DNA from: Pirellulales bacterium
GTDB taxonomy: Bacteria; Planctomycetota; Planctomycetia; Pirellulales; JAICIG01
Direction of reading: 5' to 3'
Assembly: GCA_040901675.1 (NCBI GenBank)
Contig: JBBDYJ010000016.1
Span: forward strand, 64,001-128,000
Length of the DNA: 64,000 nucleotides
Shown: positions 1-8,189 of the stretch, one piece after another
How the letters are laid out: each line of letters opens with the position of its first letter
Numbering within the stretch: the first letter of the stretch is position 1
The notes under the pieces: model-generated
Told to the model about the DNA's origin: nothing
What the model saw: only the letters and a program-made list of their open reading frames with translations
Database searches by the model: none
Made by a program: the position numbers and the translations under genes

Positions 1-1
1 G

Positions 2-223
2 GAAGAGCGGCCCTTTATGCACTTCGCCTACCTGGTCGACGGCATCCAGCAGATGTTCGAGACCGGCAAGCCGACCTGGCCTGCCGAGCGGACGCTGCTC
101 ACATCCGGAGCGCTCGATGCCCTGTTGATCTCGAAACAGCAGGGCGGCCGGGCGCTCGACACGCCGCAACTGATGTTCGGGTATGAATCGCAGTGGCAAT
201 GGCGTCAGCCGCCGGAGCCATAG
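2..223 (+). CDS. 3' end of a hypothetical protein (partial, runs off left edge)
   Basis: Frame is open from base 2 (EERPFMHFAYLV...ERTLLTSGALD...) to TAG at 221-223, with GC-rich codon usage. Confidence 0.7.
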   Translation, partial: EERPFMHFAYLVDGIQQMFETGKPTWPAERTLLTSGALDALLISKQQGGRALDTPQLMFGYESQWQWRQPPEP

Positions 224-244
224 GCAAAGGAGGAAGGAGGAAGC

Positions 245-353
245 GTTCGTAGTGACCCCATTTATGGGGTCTTAAGCGCACGGCAGGCGGACATGGCGAC
301 CGACGGCCTGAAAGTTGAACCCCCAAGACCCCATAAATGGGGTCACTACGAAC
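245..353. repeat. REP doublet (REPIN-like): two inverted GTAG-type REP hairpins
   Basis: GTTCGTAGTGACCCCATTTATGGGGTCTT (245-273) has a perfect 29-nt reverse complement at 325-353. Each arm is GTAG + T + the hairpin GACCCCAT-TT-ATGGGGTC. Confidence 0.9.
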
Positions 354-366
354 CTGCATTTTTCGC

Positions 367-395
367 TTGCATGTTTTGAATCCGGTGGGCAGAAT
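367..395 (+). promoter_or_regulatory. putative sigma70 promoter for the leader/aroF transcript
   Basis: TTGCAT (367-372), 17-nt spacer, CAGAAT (390-395). The predicted start falls at about the leader ATG at 403. Confidence 0.5.
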
Positions 396-402
396 GGTAG
401 CC

Positions 403-480
403 ATGACCCACAGCGGCACCAGCTTCCGGTTTTGGTTTTACTTTACCCCGTCGGGTCGCGGGGCTGGAGGAGGTCGTTAG
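403..480 (+). CDS. aromatic amino acid attenuator leader peptide (25 aa)
   Basis: MTHSGTSFRFWFYFTPSGRGAGGGR* contains a run of F-R-F-W-F-Y-F directly upstream of a terminator and DAHP synthase. It is below the ORF track's length cutoff. Confidence 0.85.
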   Translation: MTHSGTSFRFWFYFTPSGRGAGGGR

Positions 481-511
481 CTAAGCAACCTCAACCAGGC
501 GACAAGCATGC

Positions 512-548
512 AAAGCCCCGGACCCCTAAGGTTCCCGGGGCTTTTTTT
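512..548 (+). terminator. attenuator intrinsic terminator
   Basis: Stem AAAGCCCCGG (512-521) / CCGGGGCTTT (535-544) with a T7 tract at 542-548. CGGGGCT (459-465) in the leader can pair instead with AGCCCCG (514-520). Confidence 0.85.
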
Positions 549-583
549 GTTCTTTCTACGAGGCAACCGAAGGAGCCCCAGTC

Positions 584-1597
584 GTGATCGTCGTCATGAA
601 ACGCAACGTAACCGAGGCGGAGGTCGAACATATGGTGCAGCGAGTCGAAGGGCTGGGCCTGCGGGCCCACGTGCTGCGCGGCGTCGAGCGGACGGTGATC
701 GCGGCCATCGGCGCCGAACGCGACGGATTGAAAGAATCGCTGGAGGCCGGCACCGGAGTGGCCGAAGTGCTGCCCATCCTCGCGCCCTACAAGATCGCCA
801 GCCGCGAGGTCAAGGCCGAGCCCACCGTCGTCCAGGCCCGGGGGCTGCGGGTGGGAGGCAACACGGTAGGAATCATCGCCGGGCCCTGCTCGGTCGAAAG
901 CGAAACCCAGATCCTCGCCTGCGCTCGAGCCGTCAAGGCAGCGGGGGCCACGGCCTTGCGGGGCGGGGCCTTCAAGCCGCGGACCAGTCCCTACAGTTTC
1001 CAAGGGCTCAAGGAAGACGGGCTGAAGCTGCTGGCGGCGGCCCGCGAAATGACCGGCCTGGCGATTGTGACCGAGGTGTTGGCGACCGAGGACCTGCCGC
1101 TGGTGACCCGCTATGCCGACGTGCTGCAAATCGGCGCGCGGAACATGCAGAACTACCGGCTGCTGGAGGCCGTCGGCAAGTCGAAGCTGCCGGTGCTCTT
1201 GAAGCGCGGCCCCAGCGCCACGATGGAAGAACTGCTGCTGGCGGCCGAGTACATCCTCGACGGGGGCAACCCGAACGTGATGCTGTGCGAGCGGGGCATC
1301 CGCACGTTCGAGTCGCACACGCGGTTCACCCTGCCGCTGGCCTCGGTGCCTTACCTGCACGCCAAGACGCACTTGCCGGTGGTTGTCGATCCCAGTCACG
1401 GCACCGGGCACACCTACCTGGTGCCGCAGATGGCCGCCGCCAGCGTCGCGGCCGGGGCCGACGGGCTGATCCTCGAAATGCACCCCGACCCGGAGAACGC
1501 GCTGAGCGACGGCTACCAGTCGCTCAACCTCCAGCAGTTCGACCAGACGATGCGGCTTTGCCGTACTGTGGCCGAGGCGCTCGGCAAGCAGATGTAA
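584..1597 (+). CDS. aroF: 3-deoxy-7-phosphoheptulonate (DAHP) synthase, type I-beta with N-terminal regulatory domain
   Basis: Motifs [60 protein letters not shown] precedes the GTG start. Confidence 0.95.
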   Translation: MIVVMKRNVTEAEVEHMVQRVEGLGLRAHVLRGVERTVIAAIGAERDGLKESLEAGTGVAEVLPILAPYKIASREVKAEPTVVQARGLRVGGNTVGIIAGPCSVESETQILACARAVKAAGATALRGGAFKPRTSPYSFQGLKEDGLKLLAAAREMTGLAIVTEVLATEDLPLVTRYADVLQIGARNMQNYRLLEAVGKSKLPVLLKRGPSATMEELLLAAEYILDGGNPNVMLCERGIRTFESHTRFTLPLASVPYLHAKTHLPVVVDPSHGTGHTYLVPQMAAASVAAGADGLILEMHPDPENALSDGYQSLNLQQFDQTMRLCRTVAEALGKQM

Positions 1598-1601
1598 GCT
1601 C

Positions 1602-1648
1602 GTAGTGACCCGGCTCGACTGAGCTCGCCGAAGTCCATTCATGGGGTC
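1602..1648 (+). repeat. GTAG REP interrupted by the 24-nt element (1612-1635)
   Basis: GTAGTGACCC[GGCTCGACTGAGCTCGCCGAAGTC]CATTCATGGGGTC. The identical 47-mer occurs at 62658-62704. Confidence 0.9.
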
Positions 1649-2364
1649 TATTCGCTCTGAATCAGGGCGCGATAAGGCACCGTCGGCCCGGCGCTTTCGG
1701 TACTGCGCGACCGTGGCGCACGCGTGTACGAGACGAGCTGCCCTTCCTGGCGCACGCGCTCGATCAGGGCATCCAGCTCATCGACGCGGCCCCACCGCTG
1801 GTTCAGCAACGCTCCGTCGACGGTGGCCGACAAATCGACTTCGCCGGTCGTGCCGGGGCGGCGGTTGAAGTAGCCGGCCTCAAACAGGCCGGCCAGCACG
1901 CGGTCGAGATCGCTCCGCGGGATGTCCAGGGCCCAGGCCTCCTCGACGCCATCGGCCCATTGAACGCCGGGCAAAGTGTTTCGGGCCACCCGGTCGGCCG
2001 CCGCCATCCAGCGCCGCCAGGCCGAAGTGCCGTCGGCGGCCGGCTCGGGGGCGGCCGACTCGAACACGACTTCGGCCAGGGCCAGACCGGCGAGCCCGCG
2101 GGGGTGCGGATACTGGATCGAAAGCCGCCGAGCCGGTGCCTGGCTCACGGGCGGCGGCGCCTGAAACGAGACCTGGTAGCCGGCGGCATTCGATGGGTTG
2201 ACCCCGCCCGCATCAACCTGGTAGCTGACCAGGGCCGAACGGTAAAGGCCGTCCGATTCGACCACGTCCGGATGGATCTCAGCTTCGCGCGGCTTGAAAC
2301 CGGCGCAACCCGCCAGCGCCGAGGCCAGACAGATGCAGGCTGCAAGGGCCGGGCCGCGGGTCAC
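1648..2364 (-). CDS. hypothetical lipoprotein
   Basis: GTG at 2364 overlaps the cupin stop (GTGA). The signal peptide ends in lipobox LAG-C. Confidence 0.75.
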   Translation of the reverse strand: MTRGPALAACICLASALAGCAGFKPREAEIHPDVVESDGLYRSALVSYQVDAGGVNPSNAAGYQVSFQAPPPVSQAPARRLSIQYPHPRGLAGLALAEVVFESAAPEPAADGTSAWRRWMAAADRVARNTLPGVQWADGVEEAWALDIPRSDLDRVLAGLFEAGYFNRRPGTTGEVDLSATVDGALLNQRWGRVDELDALIERVRQEGQLVSYTRAPRSRSTESAGPTVPYRALIQSE

Positions 2365-2690
2365 CGGTAGTCCTCTCGAATCGGGTAAAAGGCGTCCAAG
2401 GCCCGCACCGGCTGGTCTCCGGCGATGACCTTGTGGGGCACGCCGCCAGGTATCCGCCACATCGTGCCGGGGCCGACGATTCGCGACTCGCCGCCGACGA
2501 TGAACTCGGCCTGCCCTTCGAGCATCAGTCCCATCTGCTCGTGCGGGTGGCTGTGCTCCTCGACGACGGCATGGGGTTCGAACTCCACGAGCGACAACAT
2601 CATCGAGTTGCCGTGCGTGGTATAGATGTCGACGCCCGGAAAGATGCGGTGGTGCGAACAGTCTTTCTTATCGACGAAAAAACCGAACAT
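2361..2690 (-). CDS. cupin domain protein
   Basis: Cupin metal-binding motifs HSHPHEQMG...G and IPGGVPH. Confidence 0.9.
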   Translation of the reverse strand: MFGFFVDKKDCSHHRIFPGVDIYTTHGNSMMLSLVEFEPHAVVEEHSHPHEQMGLMLEGQAEFIVGGESRIVGPGTMWRIPGGVPHKVIAGDQPVRALDAFYPIREDYR

Positions 2691-2704
2691 CTTGAAGGGT
2701 CCTC

Positions 2705-4039
2705 CTAATCCGCGCAGGTTGCCAGGTGCTCCTCGATTGCCAGCAGGCGGTTGTACTTGGCCAGCCGCTCGCTGCGCTGGATCGAGCCGATCTTGATGAA
2801 CTCCGCCGCGGTGGCAACCGCCAGGTCGGCGATGGTGACGTCTTCGGTTTCGCCGCTCCGCGCCGACACGATGCAGCCATACCCGGCCGTGCGGGCCAGC
2901 CGCATGGTCTGAAGGGTTTCGCTCAGCGTCCCGATCTGGTTCAGCTTCACCAGCACGCTGTTGGCAACCCCCGACTCAATCGCGCGCCGCACACGATCGG
3001 GGTTGGTCGCCAACAGGTCGTCGCCCACCAGCCGCACGCGGCCGCCCAGCCGGCTGGTGAGCCGCCGCCAGCCGTCCCAGTCGTCTTCGGCCAGGCCGTC
3101 CTCGATGAGCGTGATCGGGAACTCGTCGACCAGCGCTTGCAATCGATCGATAAGCTGGTCGCTATCGAGCCGGACCGGGTCGCTATCGGGGCGGACTGGG
3201 CCCTCGGCCCGCAACCGGTAGTGCGAGCCGTCGAAAAAATGGCTGCTGGCCACGTCCAGTGCGATCGTCACGTCGTCGAGCGGCCGCAGCCCGGCGGCCT
3301 CGATGGCTGTCACCAGAAAGGCCGCGGCCTGGCGGTTGTCCGGCAGGCGCGGGCCGTAGCCCCCCTCGTCACCCACCAGCCGCCCTTCGAAACCGGCCTC
3401 CGTCAGCAAGCGCCCCAGCCGGCGGTGGATGCGGACAATCCACTCCAGGCCGACACTGTAGCTTACCGCGCCGACCGGCATGATCAGGAAGTCCTGGAAG
3501 TCGAGATTGCCGCCGGCGTGCAGGCCGCCCGAGATCATGTTGGTCATCGGCATGGGCAAGCGCGGCGCCATGTCTTTATCGAAGGTCGCGTCGGCGGGCG
3601 CGCCGCCGGTGGTCCCCGCTTGGCGCCACAAGTCGTTGAGATGGCGGAACAGCGGCAGTCCCCCGGCGGCCGCGGCCGCGTGTGCGGCGGCCAGCGAAAC
3701 ACCGAGCAGGGCATTGGCTCCCAGGCGGCTTTTATCAGGCGTGCCATCGAGCTGGCAGAGCCGCTGGTCGAGCTCGGACTGCCGGCACGGATCGAAGCCG
3801 AGCAGGGCGGGCGCGATCTGGTCGTTGACATTGGCCACAGCGGCCAGCACGCCGCGGCCGTCGTAGCGTGCGGGGTCGCCGTCGCGCAGCTCGCGTGCTT
3901 CGGCGCGGCCGGTGCTGGCGCCGGCGGGCACGATCGCCCGGCCCATCGCGCCCGAGCTGCAATGGATCTCGACCTCGACGGTCGGATCGCCGCGGCTGTC
4001 GAGCACCTCGCGGGCATGGATGCGTGAAATCGTCGGCAT
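2705..4039 (-). CDS. eno: enolase (phosphopyruvate hydratase), divergent paralog-like
   Basis: Motifs AREVLDSRG.PTVEV, GASTG..EA.ELRD, LGANALLGVS, VGDEGG, GDDL, KLNQIGTLSE, RSERLAKYN.LL.IEE. Confidence 0.9.
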   Translation of the reverse strand: MPTISRIHAREVLDSRGDPTVEVEIHCSSGAMGRAIVPAGASTGRAEARELRDGDPARYDGRGVLAAVANVNDQIAPALLGFDPCRQSELDQRLCQLDGTPDKSRLGANALLGVSLAAAHAAAAAGGLPLFRHLNDLWRQAGTTGGAPADATFDKDMAPRLPMPMTNMISGGLHAGGNLDFQDFLIMPVGAVSYSVGLEWIVRIHRRLGRLLTEAGFEGRLVGDEGGYGPRLPDNRQAAAFLVTAIEAAGLRPLDDVTIALDVASSHFFDGSHYRLRAEGPVRPDSDPVRLDSDQLIDRLQALVDEFPITLIEDGLAEDDWDGWRRLTSRLGGRVRLVGDDLLATNPDRVRRAIESGVANSVLVKLNQIGTLSETLQTMRLARTAGYGCIVSARSGETEDVTIADLAVATAAEFIKIGSIQRSERLAKYNRLLAIEEHLATCAD

Positions 4040-4087
4040 GCGCAGAGATTACCCGACCGCCGGCCCCAAGGGGAGTGCCGTGTCTGT

Positions 4088-4140
4088 CTACCCCACCGCG
4101 CGCGGCCGGCTGTCCAAGCTCGCCAGCGCCTCGCCAACGC
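4088..4140 (-). repeat. degenerate duplicate of the 3' end of the kinase gene
   Basis: 45/53 nt match to 4469-4521. Encodes GEALASLDSRPRAVG* versus GEVLAALDSRLRAVG*. Confidence 0.8.
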
Positions 4141-4213
4141 TGCCGGCCGGGCTTGTCGGGGGCATCAGCCCCGTAGCCCGCGAAGCGCTCCGGCAGTATT
4201 GCGCCACCACTCC

Positions 4214-4330
4214 GCCCCGAAGGGGCAACGACAGATCAGCCCGCGGGCAGAGCGGAGCGGCGCTAGCCGCGCAGCGCCGCCCCGGGAACGCCGCCCGTTC
4301 ACCCATATTCCGTCCCAGCCCTGAAAGGGC
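4214..4330. repeat. REP-like hairpin cluster
   Basis: Short GC hairpins GCCCC-GAA-GGGGC (4214-4226) and GCCCT-GAA-AGGGC (4318-4330) flank GC-rich imperfect palindromes. Confidence 0.5.
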
Positions 4331-4382
4331 GAAACAGACGGACGGTCCGTCCGATTCGGTTCACGCGTTGACAAAGATGGCG

Positions 4383-4468
4383 CCTCATCACCCCCTCGCC
4401 TTGTCCCCTTGTCGCCTTGTCGCCGTGTCGTCTTGTCGCCTTCTCGCCTCATCGCCCCATCCTCCTCT
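4383..4468. repeat. degenerate 8-nt tandem repeat tract (CCTTGTCG-like)
   Basis: ...ccttgtcc ccttgtcg ccttgtcg ccgtgtcg tcttgtcg ccttctcg cctcatcg... Confidence 0.8.
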
Positions 4469-5536
4469 CTACCCCACCGCGCGCAGCCGGCTGTCGAGCG
4501 CCGCGAGCACCTCGCCAACGCGGTCCGCCGAGCGCTCGAACAGCTCGCGGCAAAACGCGCGGACGGTGTCGCGGCTTGACGGATCGGTCAGATAATCGAC
4601 CTGGCTGGTGCCGTCGAGACGGGCCCAGGCGCAGCCGGCCAGGTTCTGAACGGCCCGGGCCTCAAGGGCCTGCCGTTCGGCCGGATCGATGGCCGCCATG
4701 CCGGCCTGGTAGCAACTCCAAAACCGCTCCGCCAGGGCCAGCATCCCGGCCTGCCGAGGCGCGTGATAGGCGGCCTTGAGCACCAGATGACTGAGGAAAA
4801 AACCGAGGTCAAAGGCGGGATCGCCAAAGTGGCCCGTTTCGAAGTCGACCAACAAGAGGCCTCCCTCGAAAACCAGCAGGTTCTTGGGACTGAAATCGGC
4901 GTGGACCAACGAGCGGCGGTGCTCGGCCACCGAGCTGATCAACCGCTCGAACCACGCCGCGGACTCGGGACGCCGGCGGGCCACCGAGCGGTAATACGGG
5001 TCGATCCGCAACTGTTCGAACCCTCTGCGGTCATCGAACCGCTGTTGAATGCCCGGCACCAGCCACGAGGCCGAGTGCAAGCGCGAGAGCAGACGGCCGC
5101 AGGCGGCGGCAATCGCGGGATCGAACCGGCCGGCCAAAAGGTCGGCCTTCCAGACCCGGTGCTCAAGCGGGGCGGCCGTCATGGCGAAGGCGTAATTGTC
5201 GCGGTCCTGGTAAAGGACTCGCGGGGTGAGAATCTTCAGTTCGCTGGAGGCAGCGCCCTCAGCGGCAGGCGGGCCGATCAGCTCGGCACAAACGTCCAGG
5301 ACATCGATCTCGCGCCAGATTCGTTCGATGCTGGCGAACCACGGATCGGGCGTGCGCAGTTGAGCGCGGACCTGCTTGAGCACGAAATCGCTGCCGGGCC
5401 GCTCGGGGCGCGCCACGTAGAGCACCTGGTTCGAGACGCCGCCGGCCAGCGGCCTGATGTGAACGGGCTCGCGGCCGTCGATCCAGCCACGGTCGCGCAG
5501 GTATTGCTCGGCGTTGTGCGGTTCGATGAGGAACAT
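4469..5536 (-). CDS. aminoglycoside phosphotransferase / methylthioribose-kinase-like kinase
   Basis: LAGGVSN Gly-loop, VLKQ lysine, HADFSPKN catalytic loop, LVDFE, GDPAFDLG. Start taken at ATG 5536. Confidence 0.85.
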   Translation of the reverse strand: MFLIEPHNAEQYLRDRGWIDGREPVHIRPLAGGVSNQVLYVARPERPGSDFVLKQVRAQLRTPDPWFASIERIWREIDVLDVCAELIGPPAAEGAASSELKILTPRVLYQDRDNYAFAMTAAPLEHRVWKADLLAGRFDPAIAAACGRLLSRLHSASWLVPGIQQRFDDRRGFEQLRIDPYYRSVARRRPESAAWFERLISSVAEHRRSLVHADFSPKNLLVFEGGLLLVDFETGHFGDPAFDLGFFLSHLVLKAAYHAPRQAGMLALAERFWSCYQAGMAAIDPAERQALEARAVQNLAGCAWARLDGTSQVDYLTDPSSRDTVRAFCRELFERSADRVGEVLAALDSRLRAVG

Positions 5537-5604
5537 GCTCTGCGGAGAAAGCGGCCGCCGCCTCACTCACCGCGCTCGTCCAGCGCCTGGCACGCGCCCG
5601 GCAC

Positions 5605-7902
5605 TTATTCGGCGCCGGGGAGGACGGCCTCCTCGGAGGGACTGGAGGACGCTTCGTCGATCGCCTCCGCCAGGCCTGGGACCTGCTCGGCTCCGGCGGG
5701 CACGGCGATGGTCGAGCCGTGGAAGGCGTCGCCCACCGGCTCGTAACGGCCGCCCAGGTGCTGGGCCAGGAAGGCCTCGGCCACCGCGTAGAACGACATG
5801 CGGTTCTCCGGGCGGGCAAAACCGTGCCCTTCGTCGGAGTAGAGCACGTAGGTGACCGGAATCTCCTTGTCCTGCATGGCGCGCACGATCTGGTCCGACT
5901 CTTGCTGCTTGACGCGCGGATCGTTGGCCCCCTGGCCGATCAACAGCGGCCGCTGGATGCGCTCGACGTGCGTCAACGGCGACCGCGACGTGAGAAACTC
6001 CTTCCCCTCCTCGCTGGTGTAGTCGCCCACCCGGTCCTTGAACATCTGGACCACTGGCTGCCAGTAGGGAGGAATGCTGCTCAGCAGCGTCAATATGTTG
6101 CTGGGGCCGACAATATCGACGCCGCAGGCAAACACCTCGGGCGTGAACGTCAGACCGACCAGCGTGGCGTACCCGCCGTAGCTGCCGCCCATGATCGCCA
6201 CACGGCCGGGGTCGGCGATTTTTTCGGCGACGGCCCACTCGACGGCGTCGACGAGATCGTCGTGCATCTTGCCGGCCCACTCGAGGTTGCCGGCGTTGCC
6301 GAAGTTTTTGCCGAACCCGGTCGAGCCGCGGTAGTTGACGGCCAGCACGGCATAGCCCCGGTTGGCCAGCATCTGGTGCTCCGGATCATAGCCCCAGGCG
6401 TCGCGGGCCCATGGTCCGCCGTGCACGTTGAGCACCAGCGGCAGCGGGGCGTCGGGCCGTGCATCGCCGTCGCTGTCGGTGCCGGGAGGGAGCGTCAGGT
6501 AGCTGACCAGGTCCAGGCCGTCGCGGGAGCGGATGACCACCGGGTGCATCTTGACCAGCGGCAGGCCCTCCAGGTCGTCGCGATTGTTGAACAAGAACGT
6601 GGCCTTTTTTGCCCGGCGATCGTAGAGATAGTACTTCACCGGCCCATCGTCGAGCAGGTAAGCCACCGTCCAAAGCTTGTCGTCGAGCGTGCGGCTGGTG
6701 ACTTCGACCTCTCCGTCGGCCTGGGACTTCAGGAACTCCAGGTCGGCGGCCACGGCCGGGTCGAGGACCTGCCACTCCTTGCGGGCGTAAGTGAAGGAGA
6801 CCGCCTCGATGGTGTTCTCGGTCGGATGGGCCAAGACCCCGCCGATGTCGGCCTTGTCGTTTTCGGCCAGCACCTGCTGGCGGCCCGAATTCAGATCCCA
6901 GGCGGTCAGCGCGCCGGTGTCGCGGCCTCGGCTATCGATCAAGTAAAGCACGTCGCCCTTCTTGTTGAATCCGGCCGGCGAGGTGGTGAGCGTGTCTTCG
7001 ATCGGGATCTTGACAAAATCGCTCCAGCCTCCCTTGCCGTCGCTCTGAAGAATCTCGTTGCCGCCGTCATCAGTGAAGCGGGAGGCGAAACGGACCTTGA
7101 AGTCCTCATCGACGACATAGCCCATGAAGCGCTCGGTGTTCTCCTCCACCAGGCTGCGCTTGCCGGTGGCCAGGTCGACCCGATAGAGGTCGTGAACTTC
7201 CGGATCGCGGTTGTTCAGGGCGACCATGATCTCGCCCGGCACGCGATGGCTGACGACCTCGATCTGGGCGTTGACCTTCTCCAGCGGCGTGAGGTCCTTG
7301 GTTTCGCCCGAGGCCAGGTCGACGCAGTACACGTGCCAGTCCTCGTCGCCGCCGGCGTCCTGCAAGTAGATGATGTGCTCGTTGGTGAAGGCCCAGAAGT
7401 AAATGCGGATGCCCCGCTTCTCATCCTTGGTGACGGGCCGGGCGGCCGACGGTTTGTCCACCGGGCCGACCCAGACGTTGAGCACGCCGTTGACCGGCGC
7501 CAGGTAACTCAGCCGGGCGCCATCGGGGCTGAGCCGCGCCGCGGCGCGATTCGGGTTGCCGAACAGCGCCTCGCGGCCGATCAGCGGCACGCCAGCCAAG
7601 TATTTCGGGGCCGGAAGCTCCTTTTTCACGGCGGGTTTTTTTACGGCGGGTTCCTCGGTCTTGGCGGGCTTCTTCGTACGCTTCGCGGCCGGCGGAATCT
7701 GTTCGGCCTGGCCCGACTGCGCTTGCTTCCGCCGCTGCCCTGTCTGCCTCGTTTCCGCTGCCTTCTGCTTGTCGCCTGCCTTGCGGCCGGCGGCCTCCTC
7801 AGCGGTTCGGGCGAGACTATCGGCGGCTGGCACGCAGCCGATCTGTGCCACAAACAGTGCAACAACGAGGGCGGCCCAGGGGGCGGCAAGCAGCTTGAAC
7901 AT
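5605..7902 (-). CDS. S9 family peptidase (dipeptidyl/acylaminoacyl peptidase), probably exported lipoprotein
   Basis: VHGGPW, NYRGSTGFG, nucleophile motif GGSYGG, NDPRV, DEGHG. N-terminal hydrophobic signal ending IG-C and a Lys/Pro-rich linker. Confidence 0.92.
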   Translation of the reverse strand: MFKLLAAPWAALVVALFVAQIGCVPAADSLARTAEEAAGRKAGDKQKAAETRQTGQRRKQAQSGQAEQIPPAAKRTKKPAKTEEPAVKKPAVKKELPAPKYLAGVPLIGREALFGNPNRAAARLSPDGARLSYLAPVNGVLNVWVGPVDKPSAARPVTKDEKRGIRIYFWAFTNEHIIYLQDAGGDEDWHVYCVDLASGETKDLTPLEKVNAQIEVVSHRVPGEIMVALNNRDPEVHDLYRVDLATGKRSLVEENTERFMGYVVDEDFKVRFASRFTDDGGNEILQSDGKGGWSDFVKIPIEDTLTTSPAGFNKKGDVLYLIDSRGRDTGALTAWDLNSGRQQVLAENDKADIGGVLAHPTENTIEAVSFTYARKEWQVLDPAVAADLEFLKSQADGEVEVTSRTLDDKLWTVAYLLDDGPVKYYLYDRRAKKATFLFNNRDDLEGLPLVKMHPVVIRSRDGLDLVSYLTLPPGTDSDGDARPDAPLPLVLNVHGGPWARDAWGYDPEHQMLANRGYAVLAVNYRGSTGFGKNFGNAGNLEWAGKMHDDLVDAVEWAVAEKIADPGRVAIMGGSYGGYATLVGLTFTPEVFACGVDIVGPSNILTLLSSIPPYWQPVVQMFKDRVGDYTSEEGKEFLTSRSPLTHVERIQRPLLIGQGANDPRVKQQESDQIVRAMQDKEIPVTYVLYSDEGHGFARPENRMSFYAVAEAFLAQHLGGRYEPVGDAFHGSTIAVPAGAEQVPGLAEAIDEASSSPSEEAVLPGAE

Positions 7903-7970
7903 GGTATCTCCAGGAATCCGTTACCGGGCAAGGTTCACGAGCGACGCGGCTAAGAAAAGCTTAGCCGAAC

Positions 7971-8145
7971 GAGGCAGAAGGGAGAAGGGAGGCAGAGGAG
8001 GAAGGTGGATCAGGAGATCTTGGTACTTAGGACTTGGCACTTTCGGAAGACGCCAGCGGCTGCCTTCTGACCTCTGACATCTGCCTTCTGACCTCTGACT
8101 TCTGACCTCCGCCTTCTGCCTTCTGCCTTCTCCCTTCTGCCTTCT
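7971..8145. repeat. opposed 7-nt tandem repeat tracts
   Basis: Purine tract AGGCAGA/AGGGAGA-like at 7971-8005 and pyrimidine tract CTGCCTT/CTGACCT-like at 8060-8145, between divergent genes. Confidence 0.8.
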
Positions 8146-8189
8146 AACGCTGTCCCTTGTGCGGTCAGTCCAGTACAGTTGCTGTCAAG

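Noticed and set aside
5719..7953. Long antisense ORFs (for example 5719-7953, 36429-39212, 12127-14229, 45134-47113)
   Set aside because: They are shadows of real genes in high-GC DNA and have no recognisable motifs.
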